From: a virus
Taxonomy: Duplodnaviria > Caudoviricetes
DNA length: 53,049 bases
Reading direction: 5' to 3' (one strand)
IMG/VR virus record: IMGVR_UViG_3300042197_000954
Coordinates: 1 to 53,049 of that record
Under the pieces are notes generated by a model. That model saw only the letters and a list, made by a program, of their open reading frames with translations, was not told the DNA's origin and searched no databases. The position numbers were made by a program, and so were the translations under genes. Position 1 is the stretch's first letter, and each line of letters opens with the position of its first letter. Positions 11,318-21,594 of this stretch are shown piece by piece.

Positions 11318-11329
11318 ATTTTAATTTTT

Positions 11330-12685
11330 TTATTTTAATTTTATTTCTTTTCTTTCGGCCCAACCTCTTTCAGGTGAATGGGCCCAAAATACCACTCTTG
11401 ATGGTTCTTTTTCAATATAAAACATTTCTTCATAGTGAATTTGATGTCCATGTGTTAGAAAATTCTTTAGTTGTCCATTGTCGATGTACTTACTAAATAT
11501 CGACTCCCCGTTTTCATCATCATATGCAACCAAAATAAAGTCATAGTCGTTTTCAGGTAAATCTTCTCTATGTATTGTCACCAAATAATAAAACGAACGA
11601 GTAAATGAATTTTCCCATTCTTCTTCTGTTTCAAATTGTGGGTTTGGTGGTGGTTTATCATCAATTGTCCATTTTTGAAATGCCCTATTTTTAAAGTGAA
11701 TACCGGCATATTTTTCATAATCACGAATGGTTCTTACTGTACCTAAACCATACGGTCCCAAATCATGACCATTGTCTTCACCTGTTAACATTTGTCTTAT
11801 TCTCGAACGACCAACTTCCTGTTGTTTCCACCACATAGGTTCACCTCTTTTATGTTGGTCATCCCAAACCAATTTTCCCGCTCTTTCTTCTCTCATTGTG
11901 GCATGCCAAATAACAACTTTGTGTGGGTGAAACAAATCATATCCATATGTAAAACTTCTAACAGATAAATTTATTTCTTCACCAGCAAAAAAGATATTTG
12001 GGTCGTGTCTAACTTCCTTAGCCCATTTATTTGGACCAAAGCAAAAGTGACCACTAATAAATCTTGCGGGATATGGTTTGGTCAAATGTTGCCAACCACC
12101 TCTTACTCCTGCAGGTCTAATAAAAATAGTTCCGTGAGGATAAAAACATTCCGCCCTTGAAAACCAAGGTTCTTGAACTCGTTTTTCGGGGTCATTAAAT
12201 GGGTCATAATAAGGTAAGTACCCACATATTAAAGGGTTGTGACCATCGTTTTTTAATTCATAGTACCAATTAAGTAACGTTGTGTCCCAATTTGTATCAA
12301 ATCTATGATGTGAATCTAATTGACAGACAAATTCCTCGTCTGTCAATAATTCATCATTAATCACCCCCCTTGCATATGCCAAACCTTTTGCTTCAGTATA
12401 AACAATGTCTTTGATTTTAAATCTCGGGTCATCTCTATACTCATCAATATTGTCAAAACCATCTTCAGGGTTGTATTGTCTACATATCCCAAAACATATT
12501 CTTTCAGGAAATTCGGCATTTTCCAATGCACTTTTAATCGTTGGAATCAATTCTGGTTCTCTATACGCTGGTAGATGAACTAAAATCCTGTCTAATTTCG
12601 ATATTTTAGGTGTAGGTGTTATTTCAACTACCTCAACACTAAAATCTAAATTAAAGTTTTCCCTCGAGCCTTTCACCCCATCCAT
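11330..12685 (-). CDS. GlcNAc-transferase family (Skp1-hydroxyproline GlcNAc-transferase/GT60-like); start uncertain
   Basis: PAYREPEL, QLDSHHRF, SGHFCF, FFAGEE; no ATG between the upstream stop and the conserved domain start, nearest ATG at 12685. Confidence 0.75.
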   Translation of the reverse strand: MDGVKGSRENFNLDFSVEVVEITPTPKISKLDRILVHLPAYREPELIPTIKSALENAEFPERICFGICRQYNPEDGFDNIDEYRDDPRFKIKDIVYTEAKGLAYARGVINDELLTDEEFVCQLDSHHRFDTNWDTTLLNWYYELKNDGHNPLICGYLPYYDPFNDPEKRVQEPWFSRAECFYPHGTIFIRPAGVRGGWQHLTKPYPARFISGHFCFGPNKWAKEVRHDPNIFFAGEEINLSVRSFTYGYDLFHPHKVVIWHATMREERAGKLVWDDQHKRGEPMWWKQQEVGRSRIRQMLTGEDNGHDLGPYGLGTVRTIRDYEKYAGIHFKNRAFQKWTIDDKPPPNPQFETEEEWENSFTRSFYYLVTIHREDLPENDYDFILVAYDDENGESIFSKYIDNGQLKNFLTHGHQIHYEEMFYIEKEPSRVVFWAHSPERGWAERKEIKLK

Positions 12686-13907
12686 GTTCAGCGGAGTGGG
12701 GCCAAACAATCCATTTTGAAACTCTTTTTGTTGTTTCGAAACTTCTCCATAGTTTACAATATCCATCTTTGTCATTTTTCATATTTTTTATTTCATTAGG
12801 GTCGGCATCTTGTCTAAAAATTTCATTACCTTCGTCATCTTCAAATGCAACCGCCCAAAAAGTATAATCATCGTGTGGTACATCATGGAAACCAATATCA
12901 ATGCAATGTTTAAATCTAATCGAAAATGAATTTTCATATTCTTCTTGACTTTCAATAACAGGATTTGGTGGGTATTTTTCATCCAATGTATATTGTTGGA
13001 CCCCCCTCTTTTTAAAAGATATGCCCGCATATCTCTCATAATCTTCTAGTGTTCTGTGTTTACCAAAACCATAATCACCCCAATTTATATTATTGTCATC
13101 AACCTCCATACCAAAAAGTTTCCTGTTTTTATAATAACAATAATCATTTCTTTTGGGCCAATCTTTATCGTCATCCCATTGTTTTATTGAACCTCTTCTG
13201 GTATAATAGTGCCAAATTATTGTTCTATGTAAATGAAATAAATCGTAACCCCACGTAAATGACCTAACGCTCACAGATATTTCTTCACCATGAAAATAAT
13301 ATTCGGGGTCGTGCGGAACTTCAATAACATGTTGACCCAATGTAAAACAAAAATGTGCGGAATAAAATCTGGCACCAACTGGTTCCGTTCTTTCTTTATA
13401 ATCATCTATCGATGATGGTAAAAAATGAACATTCCCGTCAGGACTAAATCTATCAAAATTCATCCTCCACGGAACACTTTCTCTATTACTATAATCTGAA
13501 CCGGGTTCATAATGGGGGATATAACCTGTTAACATTGGTTTTTGGTAACCTCGTTCTTGTAACTTTTTTAATTCCAATATCAATTCCACATCCCAATTTT
13601 TTGTAAATCGGTGATGTGAATCTAATTGTAATGTATATTCTTCGTTATTATATTGTTGTTGAAGCAAATTTCTCGCCCAACACACACCTTTTGACCTTTT
13701 ATAATTTATATCGATTATTTTAAATCTGGGGTCATTTTTATATTCGTCCAAATTATCCCATTCATCGTCTTCTGAGTGTTGCCACGCTATTGAAAACACT
13801 AAATTATCAGGGTTTTTCGCGTTAGATAAACAATCTTTTAATGTAGGTAAAAGTTCAGGGTCTCTATAGGATGCGATTTGTACAAAAATTTTTCCATTAT
13901 TTGACAT
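12651..13907 (-). CDS. GlcNAc-transferase family (GT60-like), paralog of downstream gene
   Basis: IFVQIASYRDPEL, GVCWAR, QLDSHHRF, YFHGEE. Confidence 0.8.
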   Translation of the reverse strand: MSNNGKIFVQIASYRDPELLPTLKDCLSNAKNPDNLVFSIAWQHSEDDEWDNLDEYKNDPRFKIIDINYKRSKGVCWARNLLQQQYNNEEYTLQLDSHHRFTKNWDVELILELKKLQERGYQKPMLTGYIPHYEPGSDYSNRESVPWRMNFDRFSPDGNVHFLPSSIDDYKERTEPVGARFYSAHFCFTLGQHVIEVPHDPEYYFHGEEISVSVRSFTWGYDLFHLHRTIIWHYYTRRGSIKQWDDDKDWPKRNDYCYYKNRKLFGMEVDDNNINWGDYGFGKHRTLEDYERYAGISFKKRGVQQYTLDEKYPPNPVIESQEEYENSFSIRFKHCIDIGFHDVPHDDYTFWAVAFEDDEGNEIFRQDADPNEIKNMKNDKDGYCKLWRSFETTKRVSKWIVWPHSAEHGWGERLEGKL

Positions 13908-14005
13908 AGATAAGTAATTTTAGAAAAAAAATATATATTAATTTTAATATTGTAAAGTCACATTTTGTTTTTTCATTTTTTATTCGTATACTTTTAAAAA
14001 AGACC

Positions 14006-14359
14006 ATGGGTAACTATCCTAAAATCGTAATAGACGAAACAAATAACTTTATTAACTCACTTAAAGATATCAATTTTTTTGAAGAAAATGAAATTCAAAT
14101 TGATTCTTCAATCGTTGATTTAGTATGTAAAAAATTAATTATAAAATTCATTAATGGTGAGATGTCAGAAGATGATGATGTTTTCGATTATTTTTCAGAA
14201 GACGAACTCTCAAATCTCTTAAATGAAATAATTCTTTTGGGTACATTAAATTGTTTGCGGGAAAAGGGAATCATCGATTCTATTGAAAATGAAAATAACG
14301 AAGAGTTATTTTTCCTCACAAAAGAAGGTAAAGACTTAGCAAACAAAATTATAAAATAA
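14006..14359 (+). CDS. hypothetical acidic protein, possible winged-helix C-terminus
   Basis: ORF track; LREKGII...FLTKEGK. Confidence 0.55.
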   Translation: MGNYPKIVIDETNNFINSLKDINFFEENEIQIDSSIVDLVCKKLIIKFINGEMSEDDDVFDYFSEDELSNLLNEIILLGTLNCLREKGIIDSIENENNEELFFLTKEGKDLANKIIK

Positions 14360-14360
14360 A

Positions 14361-14693
14361 TTACTTGGTTGATTTTTCATCAACGGATTGTTGATAAGTC
14401 ATCTTCTTGTGATTCTTTACTTTGGTTTTTAAAGTTTTTAACACGTTGTATGCATCAACCAAATTAGTGTGAATAGATTTGATTCTACCATTTGTTAATG
14501 TTTTTAAACCATCGGGAACCGAATCTTCTAATTTTCTAAATTCTTTTATTGTCTCCAAAATTTGTGATTCTAATTCATCCATTTTAAATTGCACACGACC
14601 ATAATCTGTTCTACTTACTTTAGACGTTTCTTCCAATAAAATATTATCTAATATTTTTAATATTGTATTTTCTTCAATTTTTTTGTTCATCAT
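14361..14693 (-). CDS. hypothetical coiled-coil protein
   Basis: ORF track; start moved to MMNKKIEE (14693), which removes the overlap with the 14765 gene and sits just after a TATTTAT motif. Confidence 0.6.
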   Translation of the reverse strand: MMNKKIEENTILKILDNILLEETSKVSRTDYGRVQFKMDELESQILETIKEFRKLEDSVPDGLKTLTNGRIKSIHTNLVDAYNVLKTLKTKVKNHKKMTYQQSVDEKSTK

Positions 14694-14764
14694 ATTAAAT
14701 AAATATTTTGACTTTTTAGTTTGGCAAGTTCTTAAATTTTTTATATATTTTAAAAAAAATAAAA

Positions 14765-15823
14765 ATGAAACTATTCGATTTTGATGATATTTTAATATCC
14801 CCAACAAAGTTATCTGATGTTCGTTCAAGAAACGAAATTAATATTAGATATGAAGATGGTATGTTACCATTAATGACCGCACCAATGGATACTGTTATTA
14901 ATTTAGATAATCATCATTATTTTAAAAATCAAGGTATTGTACCTGTCATACCTAGAATTGGAAATTCTGGTACAGATTGGTTGGATGATAAAAAATTTTT
15001 ATCATATGGTATTGAAGATTTTGAAAGAATATTTCTTAATAATACCCCGTCAACTAACGAAAACCCAATATTGGTCCTTATTGATATAGCAAATGGACAT
15101 ATGAGGGATTTATACAATATTTCCATTGATGCAAAAAAGAAATATGGCGACCGAATGAAACTTATGGTTGGGAATATTGCCAATCCTGATACCTATCTTG
15201 AATATGTTAAATCAAATGTTGTTGATTATATTCGAATAGGGATTGGTAATGGTAATGGATGTTTAACCACAGTTCAAACAGGTGTGGGATACCCAATGGC
15301 GTCTTTAATTGAACAATGTAGAATGATTAAAGTAGAATATGGTAAACCAAATGCACCGAAGATTGTTGCGGATGGTGGTTTTAAAAAGTATTCTGATATT
15401 ATAAAAGGATTAGCATTAGGTGCTGATTTTGTAATGTTGGGTTCCATTTTAAATAAATGTTTGGAAAGTGCTGGTGAAACAAAAAAACATAGGGCATCAA
15501 GTTTTGGTGGATATGATGTGGTTAATCAGTTTTCCACGGAAACAAAAAAAATGTTTGATGCTGATATTCCATTGTTTAAATCATTTAGAGGGATGTCAAC
15601 CAAAGAAGTTCAATTAAGTTGGGGAAAAAAGACGACGACAACTTCAGAAGGTATTGTTAAAGAACAAATGGTCGAATATACTATAGAAGGATGGGTTGAT
15701 AATTTTCAATCTTATTTGAAATCGACAATGAGTTACACGGGAAAAAAAGAACTCCACCAATTTATAGGTGGAGTTGAATATAATCACATTACCGAAAACT
15801 CGTTTAAAAGATTTGATAAGTAG
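14765..15823 (+). CDS. IMP dehydrogenase/GMP reductase family enzyme
   Basis: FDDILI, APMDTV, IDIANGH, GIGNGNGCLT catalytic Cys loop, ADGG, GADFVMLGS, FRGMS, SEG; no CBS domains. Confidence 0.88.
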   Translation: MKLFDFDDILISPTKLSDVRSRNEINIRYEDGMLPLMTAPMDTVINLDNHHYFKNQGIVPVIPRIGNSGTDWLDDKKFLSYGIEDFERIFLNNTPSTNENPILVLIDIANGHMRDLYNISIDAKKKYGDRMKLMVGNIANPDTYLEYVKSNVVDYIRIGIGNGNGCLTTVQTGVGYPMASLIEQCRMIKVEYGKPNAPKIVADGGFKKYSDIIKGLALGADFVMLGSILNKCLESAGETKKHRASSFGGYDVVNQFSTETKKMFDADIPLFKSFRGMSTKEVQLSWGKKTTTTSEGIVKEQMVEYTIEGWVDNFQSYLKSTMSYTGKKELHQFIGGVEYNHITENSFKRFDK

Positions 15824-15824
15824 A

Positions 15825-16058
15825 TTATTCTACTCTAAATTCTTTATCTTCTTCACTATTAATAGCATTGTCTCTTTTCATACCTTCTTTAATGTAGGTA
15901 CGGATAAGTTTTGATACTGTTACATTTTTTTTATCAGCGACTTTTTCAATCTCTCGAAAGTACGCTGGAACCACTCTAAAGGATAACATCCTCACCAATT
16001 GTTTTGACTTTGGTGTGTTGGGTGTTTCAAATCCTTCTTTAAATTCATCATCTTTCAT
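15825..16058 (-). CDS. small ribbon-helix-helix-like DNA-binding protein
   Basis: LSFRV...IEKVADKKNVTVSKLIRTYIKEGM pattern. Confidence 0.55.
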   Translation of the reverse strand: MKDDEFKEGFETPNTPKSKQLVRMLSFRVVPAYFREIEKVADKKNVTVSKLIRTYIKEGMKRDNAINSEEDKEFRVE

Positions 16059-16134
16059 ACAATTAAACTTTTTTTATAAATATTTGGAAATTCTCTTTTT
16101 TTTCGTTACCTTTTAAATATTAAAAATAAATCTT

Positions 16135-16494
16135 ATGTCAACAGAAAAACCACAACAAATCAGCGCAATTAAAGAATGTGAAGAACGTTATCCTGAAACC
16201 ACTTCTGAATTTAAAAAAATATTAAAAGAACAATATGAGTTGTTTTGTAAAAAACAATTAAACTATGGTCCCGATAACATTTCGGTGGGAACAAGGTTGG
16301 AAACCGAAGAAGAATTGAAACTATCCCAAACAGGTATTTGGTTTAGAATGAATGATAAAATTCAACGTTTAAAACAATTAGTTTTATTGGGGAAAAAAGA
16401 CAATGTCGGTGAGAGTGTACTTGACACATATTCTGATTTATCTGTATATGGTATCATTTCTCAAATTGTAGCTAAAGGTAAATGGGGTAAATAA
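16135..16494 (+). CDS. DUF1599/nucleotide-modification-associated domain 1 protein
   Basis: KKQLNYG, RMNDKIQRL, ESVLDTYSDLSVYGII. Confidence 0.75.
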   Translation: MSTEKPQQISAIKECEERYPETTSEFKKILKEQYELFCKKQLNYGPDNISVGTRLETEEELKLSQTGIWFRMNDKIQRLKQLVLLGKKDNVGESVLDTYSDLSVYGIISQIVAKGKWGK

Positions 16495-16515
16495 ATAATT
16501 TAAAGGTGGATATTT

Positions 16516-16914
16516 ATGTTAAAACGAGAAAACATAATGAAAATGGGGTTAAACAACAATTGGGTCGCTCAGTTTATAGACAATGTCGGTAAAAACATAT
16601 TAAGTTCGGTAGAGATTGGTAATTATTTTTCACTTAGTGGTGAAAAAAAATTAATTACTCAATATCTTGTATTTAAGATAATTTATAAGAGCATAAGTAT
16701 GAAAATAAAAGAGGATAAGGAAACAATGTCAATAGTTGTAAATTTTATTTTGAAAAAAAGTGAAGAAAATGAAAATTACGAACTTTCGGAAGTTATGAAA
16801 GACATTAAATTAAATCATGATAAACTTACCGAGATGACAAATACAAGCATTAAACAACCTACACCAACAAAAAGACCTATTTCAGTAAATAAATCAAATG
16901 AAAATAAAGATTAG
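16516..16914 (+). CDS. hypothetical protein
   Basis: ORF track only. Confidence 0.55.
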   Translation: MLKRENIMKMGLNNNWVAQFIDNVGKNILSSVEIGNYFSLSGEKKLITQYLVFKIIYKSISMKIKEDKETMSIVVNFILKKSEENENYELSEVMKDIKLNHDKLTEMTNTSIKQPTPTKRPISVNKSNENKD

Positions 16915-17117
16915 TCAATAATTTCCGCTTCCTTTATTTCTACTAAAAATAAATAGTAACCTTCGTTTGGTGTTTTTGAATTTTGTTTGACAACAGTGTC
17001 TATCTTCCAAAATGATTTTAGTTCATTTATAAAATCATAATGTAAATGTGATTCTTTTATTTTTCTATCAATATAGAATAATTTATCTTGAAAATTAAAT
17101 AGTTCTTTACAAAGCAT
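16911..17117 (-). CDS. hypothetical protein
   Basis: ORF track; abuts the nuclease gene. Confidence 0.55.
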   Translation of the reverse strand: MLCKELFNFQDKLFYIDRKIKESHLHYDFINELKSFWKIDTVVKQNSKTPNEGYYLFLVEIKEAEIID

Positions 17118-17118
17118 A

Positions 17119-17724
17119 TTAGTGTTTACAATTTACCTGATGTTCTGTCCATTTCTTTAATGGTTTAACATTTTCAAATTTGTAACATTTCCAAGAGTTG
17201 GTTTTGGTAAAATTGATATGTTTCACAAGAAAAGTTGGAACAGTTGCACCTGTTGATAATTTCTGTGATTTTTCATCAAAAATCAAGTCTATTTTAATTA
17301 CCAAATTTTCATTATCATCCCAAACTCTTTCTTGTTCTTCAAGAAGTCTCCATTCTCCTCTATTTAAATCTTGATTTTGTAATGCACAATTTAAATATGA
17401 AAATGTTTGTTTTAGATTTTCCATATTATCCGAAAAACTAGCAGCTGGTGCCAAATGACCTTTATCCCACTGATTATTTTTATAATCCAAGTTATCTGAG
17501 GTTTTAATGGTTGGTTCGGTGTAAAAATCCATGGAACCTCTATTAACGTTTGTGGGTCTGTTTTTCGAATAGTATATTAACCAAACAGGTTGTTCTAATT
17601 TTTGGGAATAATGTACTTCAAAAACATTGTTTTTTACGTGTACTTCGTCTTTATTGGTTTGTAGTGATGTGGTTAAAAAAAGAACCACAAATAAAAAAAT
17701 AAAATTTAAAAATTTTTTTGTCAT
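17119..17724 (-). CDS. DNA/RNA non-specific endonuclease (NucA/EndoG family) with signal peptide
   Basis: DKGHLAPAA, QTFSYLNCALQNQDLNRGEWRLLE; hydrophobic N-terminus. Confidence 0.88.
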   Translation of the reverse strand: MTKKFLNFIFLFVVLFLTTSLQTNKDEVHVKNNVFEVHYSQKLEQPVWLIYYSKNRPTNVNRGSMDFYTEPTIKTSDNLDYKNNQWDKGHLAPAASFSDNMENLKQTFSYLNCALQNQDLNRGEWRLLEEQERVWDDNENLVIKIDLIFDEKSQKLSTGATVPTFLVKHINFTKTNSWKCYKFENVKPLKKWTEHQVNCKH

Positions 17725-17727
17725 AAT

Positions 17728-18294
17728 TTAAGAATTTTTAGTTGTTGAGTCAAATATAAATATTATATCATCTAAAGAATCATAAGAAAAACATTCGGAA
17801 TAACCAGAAAATTTTTCCATTAATGGTTTAAATTTTTTCACATTATATTTTTGTTTTAACCTATCTTTTATCGTTTCTTCTAATTTTTCAGCGTTTTTTG
17901 AATCAATTCTACGTAAAATTGACTCAACCTGATACCCCTCATATCCATAAACTTTGCTAAATCTTCTAAAAATGTATTTTTTGGACGTTATTCCAACTTT
18001 TACAAAAATAACACCCGTTTTTTCTTCTTTTATTGTGACCAAATAAAGTGATTTTGGTAGTTTTTCAATTTTTTTCTCTTTTTCTATTGAATATTTTTTA
18101 ATTTTTTTGGATGCATGTTTTTTCGCGTCCTCCAAATTATTAAATTCCTTTATTTCTCTATTTAAGTTTGGGTAATATTTCTTATACTTAACAGAGTATA
18201 CTGTTTTTCCATTATCCGTAACATAAATCTTACCCTTTTGTGTGGTTTTTTCATAAATTGAATAAAACCCCACTTTTAATATTAATTTGTCCAT
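17728..18294 (-). CDS. GIY-YIG/T5orf172-like nuclease domain protein
   Basis: LYLV...FVKVGITS...RRF...EKLE...SECF. Confidence 0.65.
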   Translation of the reverse strand: MDKLILKVGFYSIYEKTTQKGKIYVTDNGKTVYSVKYKKYYPNLNREIKEFNNLEDAKKHASKKIKKYSIEKEKKIEKLPKSLYLVTIKEEKTGVIFVKVGITSKKYIFRRFSKVYGYEGYQVESILRRIDSKNAEKLEETIKDRLKQKYNVKKFKPLMEKFSGYSECFSYDSLDDIIFIFDSTTKNS

Positions 18295-18367
18295 CTATAA
18301 TATATACCATAATAATCACAATACATAATTTTGATGTATTTATTATATAATAATCCATATAAATAAT

Positions 18368-20011
18368 ATGAAATTTCAAGAACTTATTTTTGGTACACTT
18401 ACTGAAGAACTTAAAAATAAAAAAGTGGCCGATGCTTTAATACTTAAATGGAACGATGAATTTAAACAACTTAATCCCGGTGTCGGTGATATAACAAAAG
18501 AAGAAATAGATAGAGTGTACGATATATTCGCTCGAGTTCAAGGAGGGTTAAGACCTGATTTACCTCAAGTCGTCACTTTTTTATATCATTTTGATGGGAG
18601 ATTTGGTAGAGATTCTTTTGATGAAAAAAACTTAAAAGATATAACAAAATACACGTATAAACAAATTAAATTTTTAACAGATGAATATACCGCAGATGCT
18701 GGTGAAGAAAGAGCAGATGTTTTTGGTGGAGGTAAAGTCCCACCAACACCAGAGATAATAGAAGCGTCAAAAAAATTATGGGAAGGTCAAGAACATCTTA
18801 TTTTTAACGAAGGTGGTTTAAGGGCGTACTCCATACCTGACCAATTAACATCAATGGCGTATGGGTATTATTATCACGTAATTTATAAACAGGCGTTGGG
18901 ATACCCACCTGATAAGAGTGATAGAGATATATCTCCGTGGTGTGTAACATGGAGACCTGACATGGGTAAAACTAATCAGTGGGGTAGTTATCGAAACGAA
19001 AGAACTTTTTATTTTATAATCGACGAAAGTAAAGATATTACTGACAGATATTATATAAGTACACTACAAAAAGATAATTCTGTTAGTAGTGGTTTTAGAT
19101 TAACTTCACTTAAAAATGATGGTGATAATACCAAGACATGGAATGAAATTGTCACAATATACCCCCAACTACGAGGTCAAGAATCTTTATTTGTCCTAAA
19201 AAAATTCTCACAAGACGAAATAATCTTAAAAAATAAAATAGGTTCAATAAATGAAATTGAGGGTCACGAAAACGAGTTTAGAAGACAACCAAGACAAATG
19301 AAAGTACAATACATACAACAAGGTGGCGTCTTGTCAAAACCAACATCTTGGTCATCCATGGATGAACAATTGAGAACTCTTTATATCACTCAACCTGGTT
19401 TAGATAGAAACTCATTAATGGACCGTTTTGGTAACATGAATTTTGTTAAAGAAATAAAAAAAGTTGGAAATCAATGGTCTCTTTTAGATAATACAATAAA
19501 AAGAATTGATGACAGGGGAGTAAGGTATTTGGTTGATAAATTATTTGAAAATGAATTTACTAATATAAGAGTTAGTGCCGATAACCCAAATATTTCGATA
19601 TATCAAAGTAAAAGAGACGGAAAAGTCGGTATTTTTGATGCTAAAAAAGTAAATTGGTTGGAAATGGATGGAAAAACATATGACAACAGATATGAGGATT
19701 TAATAAAACAGGGTGATGGTGATATATATTTCGACGAAACAACCGGTGATGTTTTTATTGTTGAACCTTTTTGTGCTGGCGTTAGAAATAATGTCGACTC
19801 TGATGATTGTTTTTATGTTGTTTACCCACAAGATAATCCAAAAGATGGACACATTTTATCCAATAGAAAATTTATGGAACTTCAAAACCAATTAACACCT
19901 GAAGTGGGTCAACCTGAAGATGAAGTGGGTCAACCTGAAGATGAAGTGGGTCAAAATAGAAGTAGTCACCCCAAAGATTACGCAGATATAAAAGAAAAAT
20001 GGGGACTATAG
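18368..20011 (+). CDS. hypothetical phage protein with PcfJ-like (WC-motif) domain
   Basis: PWCVTW...YRNERTFYFIID; similar segments in the 24256 and 30021 proteins. Confidence 0.55.
   Translation: MKFQELIFGTLTEELKNKKVADALILKWNDEFKQLNPGVGDITKEEIDRVYDIFARVQGGLRPDLPQVVTFLYHFDGRFGRDSFDEKNLKDITKYTYKQIKFLTDEYTADAGEERADVFGGGKVPPTPEIIEASKKLWEGQEHLIFNEGGLRAYSIPDQLTSMAYGYYYHVIYKQALGYPPDKSDRDISPWCVTWRPDMGKTNQWGSYRNERTFYFIIDESKDITDRYYISTLQKDNSVSSGFRLTSLKNDGDNTKTWNEIVTIYPQLRGQESLFVLKKFSQDEIILKNKIGSINEIEGHENEFRRQPRQMKVQYIQQGGVLSKPTSWSSMDEQLRTLYITQPGLDRNSLMDRFGNMNFVKEIKKVGNQWSLLDNTIKRIDDRGVRYLVDKLFENEFTNIRVSADNPNISIYQSKRDGKVGIFDAKKVNWLEMDGKTYDNRYEDLIKQGDGDIYFDETTGDVFIVEPFCAGVRNNVDSDDCFYVVYPQDNPKDGHILSNRKFMELQNQLTPEVGQPEDEVGQPEDEVGQNRSSHPKDYADIKEKWGL
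19901..19953 (+). repeat. 21-bp coding tandem repeat (EVGQPED x2.5)
   Basis: gaagtgggtcaacctgaagat repeated. Confidence 0.9.
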
Positions 20012-20020
20012 TCCCCATTT
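19997..20020. terminator. bidirectional hairpin between convergent genes
   Basis: perfect 24-bp palindrome aaatggggactatagtccccattt spanning both stops. Confidence 0.65.
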
Positions 20021-20843
20021 ACATTAACAAAGAATAATATTCTTTAAAGTGTTTTATCCGGTCAGCAAGACCTATTGACCCGCCGTTCACACACCTTGTA
20101 ACCGCGGTAACAGAAGCATCTGTTGCATCGTTACATTTTGGTAAACAACGTTGAAAAAACCAAGCAGCTGATAATAATGCATATTTTGAAGCAACCAAAT
20201 CAGGATTTGATATCAGGTCTTCGTTTATTGCTTTACCAAATGCGGTATAGTTATCTTTTCCTGTTAATTGGATGTAACCTCTACCACGAAATTTAAACCC
20301 TTCTTTTGTTGGTTCGGCTCCGTTACCCATTCTACCACCATAAACGCGAGAGGCAATTGCTTCGGGTTTTCTTTGATATTGTTCGGCCAATTGGTCTGTG
20401 GGAAAATATTTCCCAAATGTACCTCTTAGCCCTTTTGCTGAATAATTTAAATTTTCTTGTGTTACTTTAAAACCACCAGATTCGTGTCCACATTGTGATA
20501 AGAAATGTGCCAATTTTAATGGGGTGTCAATTTTAAATTTTTCCGCGGTTTCAGGAATCATCGCAATTACATTATCGGGAATGTGTCCCCTTAATTTTTC
20601 CAATTTTAATCCACCAAGATTAGGTATTGGTGATGGTTCTGTTAAAACCACCTTTGTTTCTTCACCAAACATTTTGGACCAAGTACCCTCACCAACGATT
20701 CCATCGGAAGTCAATCCTTTTGAAGATTGCCAACCTTTTACCGCCATTTCAGTACCGGCACCAAAAACACCATCTGGTTTTAATCCTAATTTTGATTGTA
20801 ATTTTTTTACATCTTCACCAGTTGAACCTTTTTTTAATAACAT
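20019..20843 (-). CDS. endolysin: peptidoglycan-binding domain + glycoside hydrolase family 19
   Basis: LKKGSTGEDVKKLQ...DGVFG...DGIVG; HFLSQCGHESGGF, ENLNYS, FRGRGYIQLTGKDNY, VNGG. Confidence 0.92.
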   Translation of the reverse strand: MLLKKGSTGEDVKKLQSKLGLKPDGVFGAGTEMAVKGWQSSKGLTSDGIVGEGTWSKMFGEETKVVLTEPSPIPNLGGLKLEKLRGHIPDNVIAMIPETAEKFKIDTPLKLAHFLSQCGHESGGFKVTQENLNYSAKGLRGTFGKYFPTDQLAEQYQRKPEAIASRVYGGRMGNGAEPTKEGFKFRGRGYIQLTGKDNYTAFGKAINEDLISNPDLVASKYALLSAAWFFQRCLPKCNDATDASVTAVTRCVNGGSIGLADRIKHFKEYYSLLM

Positions 20844-20907
20844 AGTTTTTTCTTTTATCTATAAATATCTCATAAGTTTTTTTTTGTATATTTATATATA
20901 AAAAATT

Positions 20908-21444
20908 ATGATTAAAATTGTAATTACAGAAAATCAATTAAAAAAAATATTGAAAGAAAATTATTCTCAAACAAATTATTCCGTTCTTTGTGAGGTAGAT
21001 GTTGATTATTATAGTTCGGAAATTGAAAACGAGTTTACATTAGGTGAAATAAGTGATATTGAGGCAAAAGAAAAATTAGAGATTTTTTATAATATAAATT
21101 TAAAACATAATCAACATGGTATTTCAGGAATTAATTTAACGGACATAAACGGGGTAAATAGTATTAATTTAAATTTATCATATTATCCAAAAATAACAAA
21201 AATGGTGGATAATGAAATTATTACAGATTTTAATTATGATTTAGTTGAAAAAGAAATAAAAATAAATTTAGATTGGAAAAACGTTGAAATTGACTCAATT
21301 TACAAAGATGAAATTAGTTATTTGGGTATACAACCTAAATTATCAATTGAGTTAGGATGTGATAATAATAAATTTTTTGTAAAAAAATTAATTATTTATA
21401 GCAATTTATATGATATAAAAAATTTCATCTCTTTTGAAGATTGA
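20908..21444 (+). CDS. hypothetical protein with ITENQL leader
   Basis: ORF track; MIKIVITENQLKKILKE. Confidence 0.65.
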   Translation: MIKIVITENQLKKILKENYSQTNYSVLCEVDVDYYSSEIENEFTLGEISDIEAKEKLEIFYNINLKHNQHGISGINLTDINGVNSINLNLSYYPKITKMVDNEIITDFNYDLVEKEIKINLDWKNVEIDSIYKDEISYLGIQPKLSIELGCDNNKFFVKKLIIYSNLYDIKNFISFED

Positions 21445-21594
21445 TTTAAATAGTCTCAAATAATAAAGTTTACATTTTAATTTAATTTTCTATATTTATA
21501 TTTGACCTTGTGGTTGAATTTGAAGTGTCCTTGTGGCATTTGAGTTGGAATTGATACCAACGAATTCGGGTTCAAATACAAAAAAAATAAGGAA

